Below, piece by piece: positions 48,104 to 60,700 of a DNA stretch of 64,000 bases. This stretch comes from Podospora anserina (taxonomy: Eukaryota). The DNA lies in assembly GCA_017654855.1 (NCBI GenBank), contig CM030336.1, forward strand, positions 3,410,001 through 3,474,000, given 5' to 3'. The translations under genes were made by a program, and so were the position numbers. The notes below the pieces were generated by a model that did not search any database, had not been told where the DNA came from, and saw nothing but the letters and a program-made list of their open reading frames with translations. The first letter of the stretch is position 1; each line of letters begins with the position of its first letter.

Positions 48104-49333
48104 ATGGATGTCGAAGCGCTGCTGCGAAAGAGATCTTCCGAGGTGTCGATCGAAGTGTTTGATCCTGATCACTATCACTTGCTCGTCAAGGCTATCCAGA
48201 ACATCCTTTCAACAGAGCTGGCTGAGTTGAGCATCGCGCAGCTGATTGATGGCGTTCCTTTGATGATGTGGGTCTTTGAAGGCCGCGGATGTCTACTCGA
48301 GAAAGGCCACCCATTGCTTGAACAGGAGAATCTCTGTGAGGGTGCCCTTGATCAAGCGCGGTTATTTCGCGACGCATTTGACCCAGCCATCCTTCAGTTT
48401 TCCTCAAAGATAAACCTATATAATCATGAAGCAGCATCCTACTTTGTGGTACACTCTAACTCACCCACCGGGCAGATCATGCAAGCATATCAGAATTCTG
48501 AGATTGGGTCACGGGAGTTCAAGATGAGGTTGGTCGAACTGACCGCCGTCGCGGTACACAACCTAGCGGTTCTTGTATATCAAGGACATCCAAAGCTCCA
48601 CAGCCAGGAGGAAATCGACAAAACTGTATCCTGGACAGTTCCGCCTCGATGGATAGAGGACGATAGACTTAAACCGCGCTGGGAGAAAGTCATTGAACCC
48701 CACCCAACGCTCTTCTATCATGTTGATTATCTCGATCATGACCGCTACACCCATGGTCTTGCCGATGTAGTTGGCTACTGGGCAGAGGATCGCAATTTTG
48801 GCGGTGTCGTTCTGTTTGACAAAGGCGACTATCCAGAGTTACAGGAGGCTTTTGATGAACTCACAAACTATGAATCTGAGGAATCCTTCGTCGTCACTCT
48901 AGAGTATGACGAAAGGGGCTTGCCAATTGTCACCAAGAGCCCTAGGGACCCGGGGGCTTCAGAAGACAACATGTCCCAGGCATCAAGTGGCAAGCGTAGG
49001 ATACTTGAAGATGGATCTGGAAAAACACCGCCGGCGCCCTCTGAATTACTCTTAGGCTCGCCGCCTTCACTAGGCTCACCACCCCCTTTGGACTCTCCGC
49101 CGCCCCTTAGCTCACCTCGTCTTCGCTCGGCAGAACCACTGGAACTATCATCTTCACCCGACGCAAGTAAGCAAGAAACACCTCTACCATAAGGTGCTAC
49201 GAAGTCGCCAGCAAAGCCTGTTCCGCAGTCACCGATCTCACTCAAGCTAGCAGGAGAAGCACCAGGCTCAGAGAGCGTCTCGCTCCATGACAAGGATGCC
49301 ACTGCAAATGTTGACATTGAGTCCAAGGAATAA
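48104..49333 (+). CDS. Fungal protein of unknown function (GYWAE..FGGVVLFD motif), possibly degenerate; in-frame TAA at 49190
   Basis: 362-aa ORF with RLVELTAVAVH, HPTLFYH..Y...GLADVVGYWAEDRNFGGVVLFD; frame continues 47 codons past the TAA to 49333. Confidence 0.65.
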
Positions 49334-49601
49334 TGACAGAGTCAGATATTGTGGGCGCTGGGTATTTCAAGAGCTCTGAGGGGACCAGGCTGACGGATGC
49401 AACTAATTCTAAGGACTAGAAAGGCTTTATATGCCAATCAAACAGATATTCAGATACAAGCGCCAAGCATCTTCCACATGTGATTCAACCTGCAATTCAA
49501 GACCTGTAAGCATTATCCAAGAGCTCTCCTGTACAACCAAACGCTCGGACCAAATGCTTCCCTGTGTACCTAGCTAGGTATCTCGTTCATTGTTTTCAGA
49601 A

Positions 49602-50577
49602 TCAAGTCTCGCAAGTCTGCTCTCCACAGTCAGGGTCGGCGTCATCAATGCCCTCACGGGGGCCCTGGAACTCTTTCTGGCAGATCAGAGACCAATACAC
49701 CTCCTATCATCAACGTTAGTGCCTGACTAACAAGCTTCTCGACTAAGAGATTGAAACTTACCGCAGCATAATACGCGTAACTGTCAGCATTGACCCGAGC
49801 CAAGTCTTTCGGCAACCGATCATAAACGGCAACCGGGCCATAGCCAGGTTCACCGTCAGGATTGTCAACAATAGATCCAAAGGAAGACTGGATCATGAGG
49901 TCATAGTGGAGGTACTCATGGAGGAGTGTCATTCCGAGGGTGTTAAAATGCTGTAATGAGTTAAGTCAATAAAAGCTGATCATGATGAACACCAAGAGGG
50001 AGACACTTACAAAGCTGACATTATCCGCAATATCCCCCCCATCCTCAGCACAAGCAGCATAGAAGTCCCTCGCATCCTCATCCCCACGGTCTTTCCCCTC
50101 AAGATCACCAATAGCCTTCTTGTTGAAAGCACGAGGGCAAACCACGATAAAAGGCTGCTCAGTATTGTAGTCACCCGAGTACGCCAGTCCACGATCACCG
50201 CAGGCATTGTCAAGATCGGTAGTTTGCACGAGGAAGTTCCCCAGCATGTCATGACCTTCGCCGTCATTGTTAAGGTCTCTGAAGATTCGGGTAATTTCCT
50301 CACGGTCTGCCGGGTCAAAGTAGTGGGGATAGATTGTCTCGTCGGTTTCAATGAAGGACAAGACGGCAGAGGTCAACTCGATGGCGTCTTTGAAGGCGGT
50401 TTCGACTTTGTTGAGACGGTTGGGGACGGGCTCTTCGTCTTCGGGGAAGTCTTCTCCTGTGTTGGGCTCAGCCCGCTTGGAGAGGGCTCTGATGCCGGGC
50501 TTGGGGGTGGAGGGTAGGACGCTGGCGTGCGCCAGGGACAGGCTTGAAGCCAGAAAGAGGGTGCGGATGAGGTGCAT
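49602..50577 (-). CDS. Secreted zinc metallopeptidase, M35/deuterolysin-like (aspzincin-type), 3 exons
   Basis: Signal peptide MHLIRTLFLASSLSLAHA, KR processing site, IVVCP, TLLHEYLH (HExxH), NADSYAYYA; GT-AG introns at ~49952-50010 and ~49703-49761. Confidence 0.85.
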
Positions 50578-51351
50578 GGTTTTTGGTCAGTGCTGAAGAG
50601 CTGGATGAGGGGAGGATGTGAAGGACTGTGTGAATGCATCGTCTGCTTTGACTGGCGGTGGAGAGAAGTTATATGCACTTCTTCTCACCGACATTATCGA
50701 TATAGAATACCCGTCTCTCGGCCGGACATTGACAAGGCTGATGATCAGACAGAGACTCCTCTTGTCTGGTTCTGTATGACATGCTGAAACAGGCTTCGGC
50801 CATGGCGGATGTCAGCTTGCTGGGTGAACCTCATGGTTCTTGCTGACTGCGCCGCGTCTCGTGGCATGAGTTGAAGTGGCATTTGTTGGTGGCCATTGTG
50901 GTTGCTCATCTTCGTATTGGATGTCTCTGTCCAGGAGGAAGCTGTGGCGACGTCATGAAGTGAGCTTTCTGAAGCTTTGGATAACTGGTCCGGTGAGATT
51001 ACTGGGATGGAAACCTGTATTCGATTCCACAAAATGCGGGGTCTACCTAGTGGGTGCATAAACCGTGCCACGCAAACCGTTTCTTTCTTTTTTCTCCTTC
51101 CTTTTACGCTGTGCCGATGACCCGAGTATTTGAGTCTCACCGACGGCATTTTCTTTTGATCAGCTGAGTATTCTGAGCAACTCAACACTTTCAGCTTTCA
51201 CATCTATCCTTCTCAGCCCAGATCAAACAACTAGCGGCTTTTGACCTATCTTACCTAAACCGACTTACTGCGTCACAATCATCAACCTTCATCGTCTTCA
51301 ACTCTTTAACCCAACTGCAACACCACCCAACGACACAACACACCAGCAACC

Positions 51352-52034
51352 ATGTCCACCACAACCCCCACCACCACCAGCCCTCCCGCCAAAATCCACA
51401 TCACCATAACCATCACCCCAGAAACCCACTCCTTCACCACCAACCCCTCCCCCCCCTCCTAACCCTCTCCCTCCTCTCCCACCACCCCACCCCGATAACC
51501 CTCTGCACCTTCAACCGCCCCTTGGCCCTACCCTCCGCCCTAACAAACCGCACAATAACAATCCACTCCCTCCCCTCCCGCCAAAAAATCGAAACCTGTC
51601 TTTTTCAAGTCAACCGTTCCCCCGTAACCCGCATCAGAGGCGATTCAGACGAGCAGTTCTACCTCACTTTACTCCCTAACACTCCCACCACAATCTCAAC
51701 CCCCTTTGGGAGAGGTGGAGGGGTGAATAATATCCGGCCTGTGCCAAAGGCCATCGCGGAGAAGGGGTGGGAGGTGGATGAGGAAGGAAGGGAGAGGAGG
51801 GTAAGGAGGTCGGTGCAGCCTACTGGTGTTGATGGGTTGGAGCCGGGGTTGGAGTATGAAGTTGGTTTGGATAGGGAGAGCTTAGAGGGGATGTGGTGGG
51901 CGCCGGTGGGGAGGGAGGAGATTTTGGTTGAAGGGGGAACGACGGAGGGGAGGTATATGGGGGATTATGGGGGGTGGGTGAAGGGTGGGGTTGAGTGGGT
52001 TGTTGAGGGGGGGAGGGTGAAGGTGGAGGAGTAG
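51352..52034 (+). CDS. Hypothetical protein (~227 aa) with one frameshift in a C8 run at 51449-51456
   Basis: ACC ATG start; adding one C joins MSTTTP..IHITITITPETHSF to the 170-aa ORF (FYLTLLP...PFGR...GVDGLEPG..YEV). Confidence 0.65.
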
Positions 52035-52719
52035 AGGGGACTTTAGGTCTTGGATTCCCATGGGTTTGGGGGTTTCCGTGATACGGTATCATGAATTCAA
52101 ACATGCGTTTCTTTTTGTATTGGCAGGGCCACTGCTCAGTGTATCCTGTGTTGTTTCGGCCTTTTCATTCTTTTCCTTTTAATTGTGGGTTTATCATGAG
52201 GATTATGAATTCATGTTTGAAAGGTGGGGATAATCCTGGAACTCAGATAGGAGAACAGGCTGTGGACAGTAGAATAGAGACTGTGACAAAGTATCAAACG
52301 CTACAGCGAGAGATACCTCTAACGTACCTCTCGACTGAGGCTCAAACTTCCGAACTGCCGTAGCTTACCTATCTTCAAAAACCAAGGTATTGAAAGCCTT
52401 TTTGAATCCTTGAAGGCTTGTGAGGTATCTTTAGAGGGCTCCTTCCCAACTGCAGTCTCCGTTTCTTCACCACGGTGTTTAGGGTTAGCCAGGGTAGCTC
52501 ATGTTCTCCAACGAGACCACACGTCCGATAAGCTTCCCTCAATCATTTAAACACGTGATGAAACAATAACTGTGGCTGCTTTGCCAATTACAAAAGCTTT
52601 ACAGCCACTCAACTATCGTTAGGTAGCAGTGACTGACAAACCCCGCAAAGGGTCGGAGAGGTCTTTGGACTTCAAGACATACCCTTTCATCTACAGGCCG
52701 TCATGTCTTTTCAAAGGGC

Positions 52720-55343
52720 CAATGTTGCAGCCAAATCATCGACCTGAAGCCCCATTCCGTTTTAAATTCCTTCAAATTCGCGATAGTTGCCGTCGTCTCC
52801 TCGAGGAGACAAGGTCTTCCACCGCAGGTCCAGTCTTATCGATTGAATTTGCATATACTGACGTACATTAGGAACCCATCTCGAATCAACCCCGTCAACA
52901 TGCTGTCTAACCCTTCGTGCAAGATTTGCGGGAAAATTTTGGAGGTAGTCTCGTTTTACCTGAAAAGCCAACACGAAAGAGATGAGTGGTTCATACCTAA
53001 CCACAGATAGTAAGGAGATACCCATCTGCACTTTAAGGGGCAGGATGATAGTTCTTGCGAATACTCTTGGCCTTTTAATTTCAGTAGAATTCAGTTGCTG
53101 ACTACCATCCCATGATAGTATAAAATCAGTGGATTTGGGCACCTATGGCCATCTAGTTTCGGATTCGGGGTGCGAAGCTCACTAGGCTTTCTTCAACTCC
53201 GAGTATATAACGCGTCAGAGGCTTGGGCACTCGGCAACGGTGTCCTTGAATGCATTCGCCCGTCCAGCCTGGAAACGGATGAATTTCCTAGCCCTCGAGT
53301 TTGACGACACAAAAGAAAATCGGGGATCAACAGAGGCAAGTCTGGCATGCTTATGAAAAGGCCGACTAGACGGCGTGACAAGTCTCGATCGCAAAGATAT
53401 CAACCTCGACCAGGTGAACTCTTGGAAGCATGGCTGCGAAAGAGCCCACGGTGGAAAGTGCTTGATCAAGGGTGACCCTCCCCAGTCCATGGCGTGGCTT
53501 ATTGACGCAAAGAAGCAATGCCTGGTACCAGCAAAGGCCGAACTACAGTATGTTGCGTTGAGCTATGTGTGGGGACAGGCAGCGATGCTCAGGACAGAGC
53601 GCGCCAATTTGTTGGCTCACCAAAACGACCGTGTATTTGATCGATTAAGAGTAATGATGCCTGCGACTATCAACGATGCTATTGGTCTGGTCCCTTTGAT
53701 AGGCGAGAGATATATATGGGTCGCTTTGCATCGTTCATGAAGAAGGCTCAAAACATACGCGAATTCGGGATATGGCCAAGATATATGAGAACACTCGACT
53801 TACTATTGTAGCTGGCGATGGCCTAGATGCCGACCATGGCTTGCGCGGTATTCCCAACGTTTCTCAGCCTCGACAGTTGCACCCCGAACTAGAACTCAGC
53901 GACACCATCTCCGTGCGTGCCCCACAAAATCTTGCACTGGAAGAAACCACATGGGCACGCCGTGGTTGGACGTGGCAGGAACTCCAGTTTTCACAGCGAC
54001 GGTTAACATTTGTTGACGGGTCTGTTCGGTGGAGGTGTGCAGAATCCTTTTTCTGTGAGGACGATGTCTTCCCTGCGCGTGATTACAGGAAGACAACCGA
54101 GTCGATAGGAGACCTGAATGAACCCAATCTAGATAACGTCTGCCGGAGTAGGGTGGGTGTGGGAGCAGCAAGTCTGACCGACCTGGGAAAGGACATTTCG
54201 ACATTTAATCAACGCTCATTGACATACGACGAAGACGCTTTGCTTGCTTTCGAGGGAACCCTAGCGATCTATATTGAACATCAGTTTCCACGCGGCTTTC
54301 TTCATGGCATTCCTGTATCATTGTTGGACTCTGCGCTACTGAGGCACACTCAGACAACCGTACCGTTCGCTGAAGTACGGCAAGCATCCAGTCACTCCCG
54401 GGAGTGTCCACCTCGTTGGGGTTGGTCTGGCTGGAAGGGTAAAATTTTGCAGTGTTGGGAAGGGGGTCTCCTCGGGCAGGACAACGTTCGACCTCCACAA
54501 CAAACCATATCCATCCTCACATGGAAACTACGTTGCTCCGTCACTTCTACCCCTGTCAAAATTCCCTTTCAAAATGACTAGTACAGTTAGAAAACAGAAT
54601 ACATGGGTAACATTAGCAACCTCCCGCAAGGTTGGAGGGTTGCTCAATATCGAAAGTTCCTTGTCCGACCAAATCAAATAGAGCTTAGTGCAGAGGCCAA
54701 CCTACTACGCCGACTCTTTTTCCAAAAGAGCAACGCCTATGTCCGAAATGAAGCTTCCTATCAGAACTTAGATGGGGCGAGTGTCGAGCAGATTGGTTAT
54801 ATCCCTGGAGTTGGCTTACCGACCACTTTTCTTTGTCATCCCGTCCCCTATGGAAGACACCTTGAATCGTCTGTAGCACAAATGCCGCAGCCTATAGGGA
54901 GATACCTTTGTGCCTTGACACAACAGGGGCGTCTTTGGGGTGACGAGGAGCGCATATTGATGCCAGAAGAGCTTGGGAGCACAGAAGAGCCATTCGACCT
55001 ATATTAAGTGTTTCTCGAGCTCCCCCTTGTACTTCGAAACTCTGAAGACCAAGAAGTGGACGAAATTCGACCGCATAGCAAAGAGGATAACGCATTGCTG
55101 AACTCCTGGAGGAAGGAGAAGAAGGACGGGGATGAGACCATAGGCTACCCGTGTGACAATGTGGCGATCTCACGTGGTTACGATGGTGATTCTCCGTTGA
55201 TTGACGATAAGGACATCTACACCTTCTATAACGTTCTCTGGGTGGAGTGGATCGATGGGGTGGCATATCGACGGGGTGTGGGCCACGTGATCAGAACAGC
55301 ATGGGAAAGTATGGAGAAGGATGCGGAGCTTATTCTTGGGTAG
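52720..55343 (+). pseudogene. HET-domain protein pseudogene (5' boundary approximate)
   Basis: WLIDAKKQCL, YVALSYVWG, PATINDAI, RYIWV then frameshift, MAKIYENTRLTIVA, WARRGWTWQE, RSLTYDEDALLAFEG, NVLWVEW...AYRRGVG; stops at 54579 and 55005. Confidence 0.9.
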
Positions 55344-55540
55344 CAGAGGCCACTCGGGAACTGAAGTCTGTCTGTATCTTTCTCTGTCATTATCATTTGT
55401 TTGACATCAAGTACGCGATTGGAAGACTGGATACAAATGCGATTTCAGCATGTCTGCAGGTTGATTAGTAGGTAGAAACGTCAGGCTGCAGGAAGATAGC
55501 TCATGCCAGCTGAACACTCCCATCTACACGATTCTTTCCC

Positions 55541-55894
55541 TCAGAATCCCTGCCTCGCAACCTGAGCCTGAGCAGCAGCAATGGTCCCCTGAGCATTCGG
55601 ATCAACAAAGCCACATCCATTCTTCCCATTTTGGAACTGAGCAGCCTCAGCAGAGCAGACCCCCACGCCACTCGCATCAGCGCAACACCCTGAAGCGCAG
55701 TCGGCATTGTTGACGCAGCCCCCAGTGATGAACTGCGAGCCGTTTCCCTGCCCAACATTTCTCGCACCGGCATTGTTGGGTGTGATTTGTGCCATGGCAG
55801 TGACGACGACTAAGACCTCGTTAGTAAAAGTCAAAGTCCTGTGGAAGGCATGTCACCTACAAGCCAGGAGCGCAGTTACAGTGATGCGGACCAT
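55541..55894 (-). CDS. Small secreted Cys-rich protein resembling Magnaporthe biotrophy-associated secreted protein 2 (BAS2); intron 55810-55860
   Basis: Spliced MVRITVTALLAFVVTAMAQITPNNAGARNVGQGNGSQFITGGCVNNADCASGCCA..GVCS..QNGKNGCGF..QGF; 6 Cys. Confidence 0.88.
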
Positions 55895-57663
55895 CTTGGA
55901 AGCGGTGTTAAAAGTTGGATAAAAGGCTCACAGAGCTGATGCCGACACCAGGTCGTTTGATGAAGTGAATCGGATGTAGAGATGGGATGATGGAAGCATG
56001 AATGATATAACTCCATTTCCCCGGATTTGCGACGCTTTATGTAGTCGATGTTTATTGCACTTCTTCACTTAGAGGAAGACAATCACTTCCCATCTGAAAG
56101 GCCAGGAACGATGCGACTGTCACTGCTGCAGATCATACTATCGTCCGGACAGTTGTGTCAACAGTGCTCACAATGCGATCAAGTAATACCGCCGATCTAG
56201 TACCTACCGAGTCAACAAACCATTGCCGTCCGAAATGCCTTGGTGTTGTGGTAGTAAGCGGTGACAGGTGTGGTTTGATCATCCCAGCCCCTGAATCGGC
56301 AATAGGGGTAAAATGCTTGGCATTGATGGTTTGACAGCGCACATCATTTATGCATGGGGGCTTTGATTATGTGGAAGTCACTGATCGGTTCGGATGCTTT
56401 CGTCCTGAACACATTCCTCTTTTGGTGCTTAAAGTGAAAAGGAAGGTATTGCCGATGGCAAAGTTTTGTCAGCGTCTCCTCGGAAGTATGGGTTTGCTTT
56501 ATCCTCAAGATCAATGTCTGAGAAAAACCCAGCTCAACAAACTGCCTTGTTCAGACCTTGATGTGTCGACCTCTTCAAGCTTCGACGCCAATAATTCACA
56601 GAGACCACCGCCCCAACTCTATATCAGCCATCCAGCCCTATGGATCAAAGGATCAAGCCTGCAGAAGCCACAGGGTTGTAAGCCAACAGCAGCCTTTGCC
56701 TAACCGCTCGCCCCGAATAAATAAGATGGAACTGCGCATGTACAAGTCCCAAGGCAATCGGTTGCCCTAAATCCCGTGCCATAGATGAGTCCTTACCAGT
56801 CAGTCAGGTCAGCTAGTGAGCATCACCTCGAAGCTAACGCCATCAACCGCCCAACAACGCCAGGTACAGCACCTTGCATCAAGATCCTGCCGAGGTGCCA
56901 CACCACATCCCAAAAACATCTCTCATCTGTTGAAGTACTGATCATGCTAATGAATCACACTTCCATTCACCTTCATTCTCCAATGTCTTGTTCAAAACCC
57001 ACTTACCACTCTCTGGGTATGTGATTGAACTACTCAAGAGAATATCTACTCATCTAGACCCAATATCACCCCTAACAAACCAGAATAGCTCCTCACCACT
57101 CAAGGCTTCCACACAAATGCATGCACCCAACCGCCACAAGCCACCCAACCACCGCCCTGACTCTCCCTCCCCATCGCCGCGAATACCCACTTCATAAATT
57201 TGCATAACGGCAACAAGCCACAAACTATCTTATCATAAGCGCTAGAGAATGCTGTGCTCTCCTCCCTGCCGTTGGAAAAAAGCCCGCATAAGTATCTTCC
57301 AGCGAGCGAGCCGCTGTATGCTGTGTAGCCAGCCGTGCCTCGGTCAACGACTCATCTACCACTCTTGAGGCGGTTGGAATGAAGGCAAAATATATTGCTG
57401 TCGGTGAAGCTTTGGTCTATGCGGCTGAGGGCGGCTGTATGCAGGGTACATTCCAGAGTCCAGAGGAGTTAGGCTGCGCGAAGGGAAGTTGCTTTTTATT
57501 CAAGGTGTCTTGGCTTTGATGCAGAAAAAATTCACCCATATACAGTAGTCTCAAAGGCGCTACCGATAATCTTTACTCATTCTCTTTGACAAGATCATTT
57601 CGACTGCACACTCACCATTGTACCAAAATCCAGACTACACCACCATCAAACATTGGTTGGCCC

Positions 57664-57750
57664 GCCCGGCTAGCTCAATCGGTAGAGCGTGAGACTCTTA
57701 AGGGGTACTCCGAAATCTCAAGGTTGTGGGTTCGACCCCCACGTCGGGCT
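57664..57750 (+). tRNA. tRNA-Lys(CTT) with 14-nt intron (57701-57714)
   Basis: Acceptor stem GCCCGGC/GTCGGGC, D-arm TAGCTCAATCGGTAGAGC, anticodon arm TGAGA-CT-CTT-A/ATCTCA, T-loop GGTTCGA; downstream T-runs. Confidence 0.97.
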
Positions 57751-57769
57751 CAATTCCCGTCTTCGACAA

Positions 57770-57787
57770 TTTTTCTTTTTTCTTTTT
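57770..57787 (+). terminator. Pol III oligo-dT terminator of tRNA-Lys
   Basis: tttttcttttttcttttt about 20 nt downstream of the tRNA. Confidence 0.7.
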
Positions 57788-60700
57788 CCCCCTTCCTTCC
57801 TCAACCAACCCTTTTCTTACCCCTTGAGAGCTGATGGTTGCCAGGTGAGCATCTTCTCCTTGGCCATCATCAACACAGCGTCAGCACTGGAATGCGGGCA
57901 CTGTCCAATGTCTTGCTTATTAATAGCATCCCGGCAGGCAAGACGATGATGGCACGTGCGAGCCTAGTTGTAACCCCATATTCTTCTTTTTTTGGTGGTC
58001 GGAGACAAGAAAACTGGCTGCCCCGCTTTGAATCAGCACCCGTCGGAATTAAACGAGGGGCAAAAGAGACGATATCAACAACAGCAGCAGCAAATATGAT
58101 AGATATTGTATACTGATTGAATGAGAGATATTATCATCACGATAAATTTTGTCATATTCTCCCCGCGCATGAGGACGACTTACCCAATAAAGTAACACGG
58201 GATCGAGAGCGGCGAACGCAGGAGCAAATATATGGGCCAAGACTGACGGGATGGTGGATGGCAATATATATCCCACTCCTCAGTTATCACCACCTTCCCT
58301 GAACACTTTGAGGGGGTGTTGCTTATCGAAGTAAGGAACCATGCTGTGTGCTCGCTAACCTGCCCTGCACCAAGCATCGAGCGTCGTATGCATGGAACGT
58401 TTCCATAGCGTCACTAGTAGCATAACGCAAGGGCGGTTGGTCATGTCCAATGCCTTCTCCGTATCGTATTCCCTTCCCTTAAGAGAATCTGAGGGAAAAA
58501 GAAAAGGAAGATCTGTGCTTACTGCAACCTTCCGTGCAAGGGAGATCCAAAAGTCCCGTCATGAGAACACACTCTCACCAGGCTCCGGGCACCGTAAGTG
58601 AGTGAGAAAACGTACGTAACCTCCTCTCCTCTGAGTGGTTGCGTTCCCATCAGTCAGGAATCACTCGGATTCGGCCAACGAGCCGAAAGAGAGGAATCGG
58701 GCTCAGGTACCGCCATGGCTTGCCGCCACCACCTGCAGCATGGAAGTGCTTGCATATTTCGAAACCTCCAAGCTGATCCTCAACGAGCGGCTCTACAACC
58801 TCAGGATAACGAATGATACACGTGTATCTACACGACAAGCGGCAGTTGGAGTGGATTGTCGTCGGAAGCAGGCAGAGGGCTAATTCAGGAACACAGGCAC
58901 AGGGGCCAAAAAACACCATAGCACTTCTTTAGCAATATGCGGCCCGTCTCTTGACATGGCACGCATGGCATGGCAGATGTCCATTTTTGTCATGGGTCAG
59001 GTGTCGTGGCATTCAGGGACTCGGACGGGTACGGAGTCCATGGACCGAACAACGAGAAGGGGTTTGTCGGGTTGTTCACTGTTTGGTCGGCGGACCTACT
59101 CCGTATGCGCCCCACCAATAGCGCCATGTCAACTTTTTGAGAGTGTCGAGCTGGCATGTGGCGAGTGTGCGATGTGTTATCATGTCCTCGGGTTCGGCCA
59201 AGTTGTGAATCCTCCGGAATGGAAACGTCGGGGAATACTTTGGTCTGACCACCGCCGAGAACTGATCATATCTTACAGGTTGTTGTTAGCATTCGGTCGG
59301 TCGGCATATCGACGCCTGGGATTGTTGACTGGTCATACGTGAGCAGTCGAATTGCGCACAAAGTATTGTTGCCCCCGAAGAGACCAGGCTCCGCTTCGAC
59401 CTGCCACGTCGTTAAACTTATATTCGGCGTCCCACACAGGCAACGCAAAGGAGGCTGTCAAAAGCGGTGAGTGAGGGAAGCAGGACATGGAAGCTGGAAA
59501 TGCAACCCGACGGGCCCGCGTCCTCGTCACCTGGACAGTCATTGTGCCTCGTTCATGCAGGTGCACCACGAAGCTTGGGTGCTCCCCAGGCACCTTCCAG
59601 GGCGACCTTTCCTCTGAAGCTTGGAACACAACATCAGTCGGCTTTCTGGTGTGACACCCTCCACGGGCCTCACTGCACCTGGCCGACCAGCAAATCCTCC
59701 GGAGATCGGCAGACCCCTTTTTTCTTTCTTTTCCGATGGCGGCTTCGAGAACAAATCCAGGAATGTTGAATAATTTTTGTGATGTCTAGATGCTGAAGAT
59801 TGATAACCTCACTATGCCCAATCCGGGCGACATTTGGGCCCTGGTCGCTAACCCCTGGTGACGTCTGGCGTCAAGCCCCACTGTTGCATTCGCCCAAGAC
59901 ACGATGACGCAATGAACTGGCGATGGGCGAGGAACCCCGCCATCCGCCGGCGATGCCAAAAGAGGAGAAGCCACAGAACCTGCGCCGTCACAGATGATCG
60001 CTCGCTTGTGCAGGCCGGCCCAGGAAGACCCAGGAATGCTGGGGCTTGGTGTCTTGGTTCCATCTGCTGATCGGGAGCATTGCGATCGAACCGAGCGACC
60101 GTTGCATGGCTGGCCTGATGGCTCTGATGGGCGGTCAGCGGCAGTCACGGCTCAGAAAAAGAGATAACGACGCCGCTGCGCCGATGCCAGAGCCCCGTCA
60201 AACCCGGTTCTTTTCCCACCGGCACTGGTCACAAAGAAAGGGAAAAAGACAAGAACCCAGCCTCGGGGAACACGGCAGGGAGATGGCCCAAAACGAGTCT
60301 GGTTGGTGATGGGCTGTGTCTGACTCTGAAGCAGCCTTGTAACACATCGGAGGGAACACATGGTCGGAGAGAAACCGAAGAGGTGGAACGCCACCAGGGT
60401 ACTGCCGGATTACCTAGTAGGACGTGATTCTTCAGCAGATGAAGCTGGTGGTGAGAACTCAAAGAGGGGCAGCTTCCAACTCCACTTACTGCTTGGACTG
60501 AGCTCCTCTTCTCCAGGCACCCGAACAGGTACAGCTGCATCTCTTGGTCAGTGCAGCAGCAGCCAGGTACCCGACGAAGGCGGCAACTGCGTGAAATCAG
60601 GACAAAGGACGGGAAAGAGAACCTGGAAGGGTACCTACAACTGAGTACCTTGCTATTAGCTGTCAGTGAGTCAGACGAGCCGATGAATTGTTTAATGATT

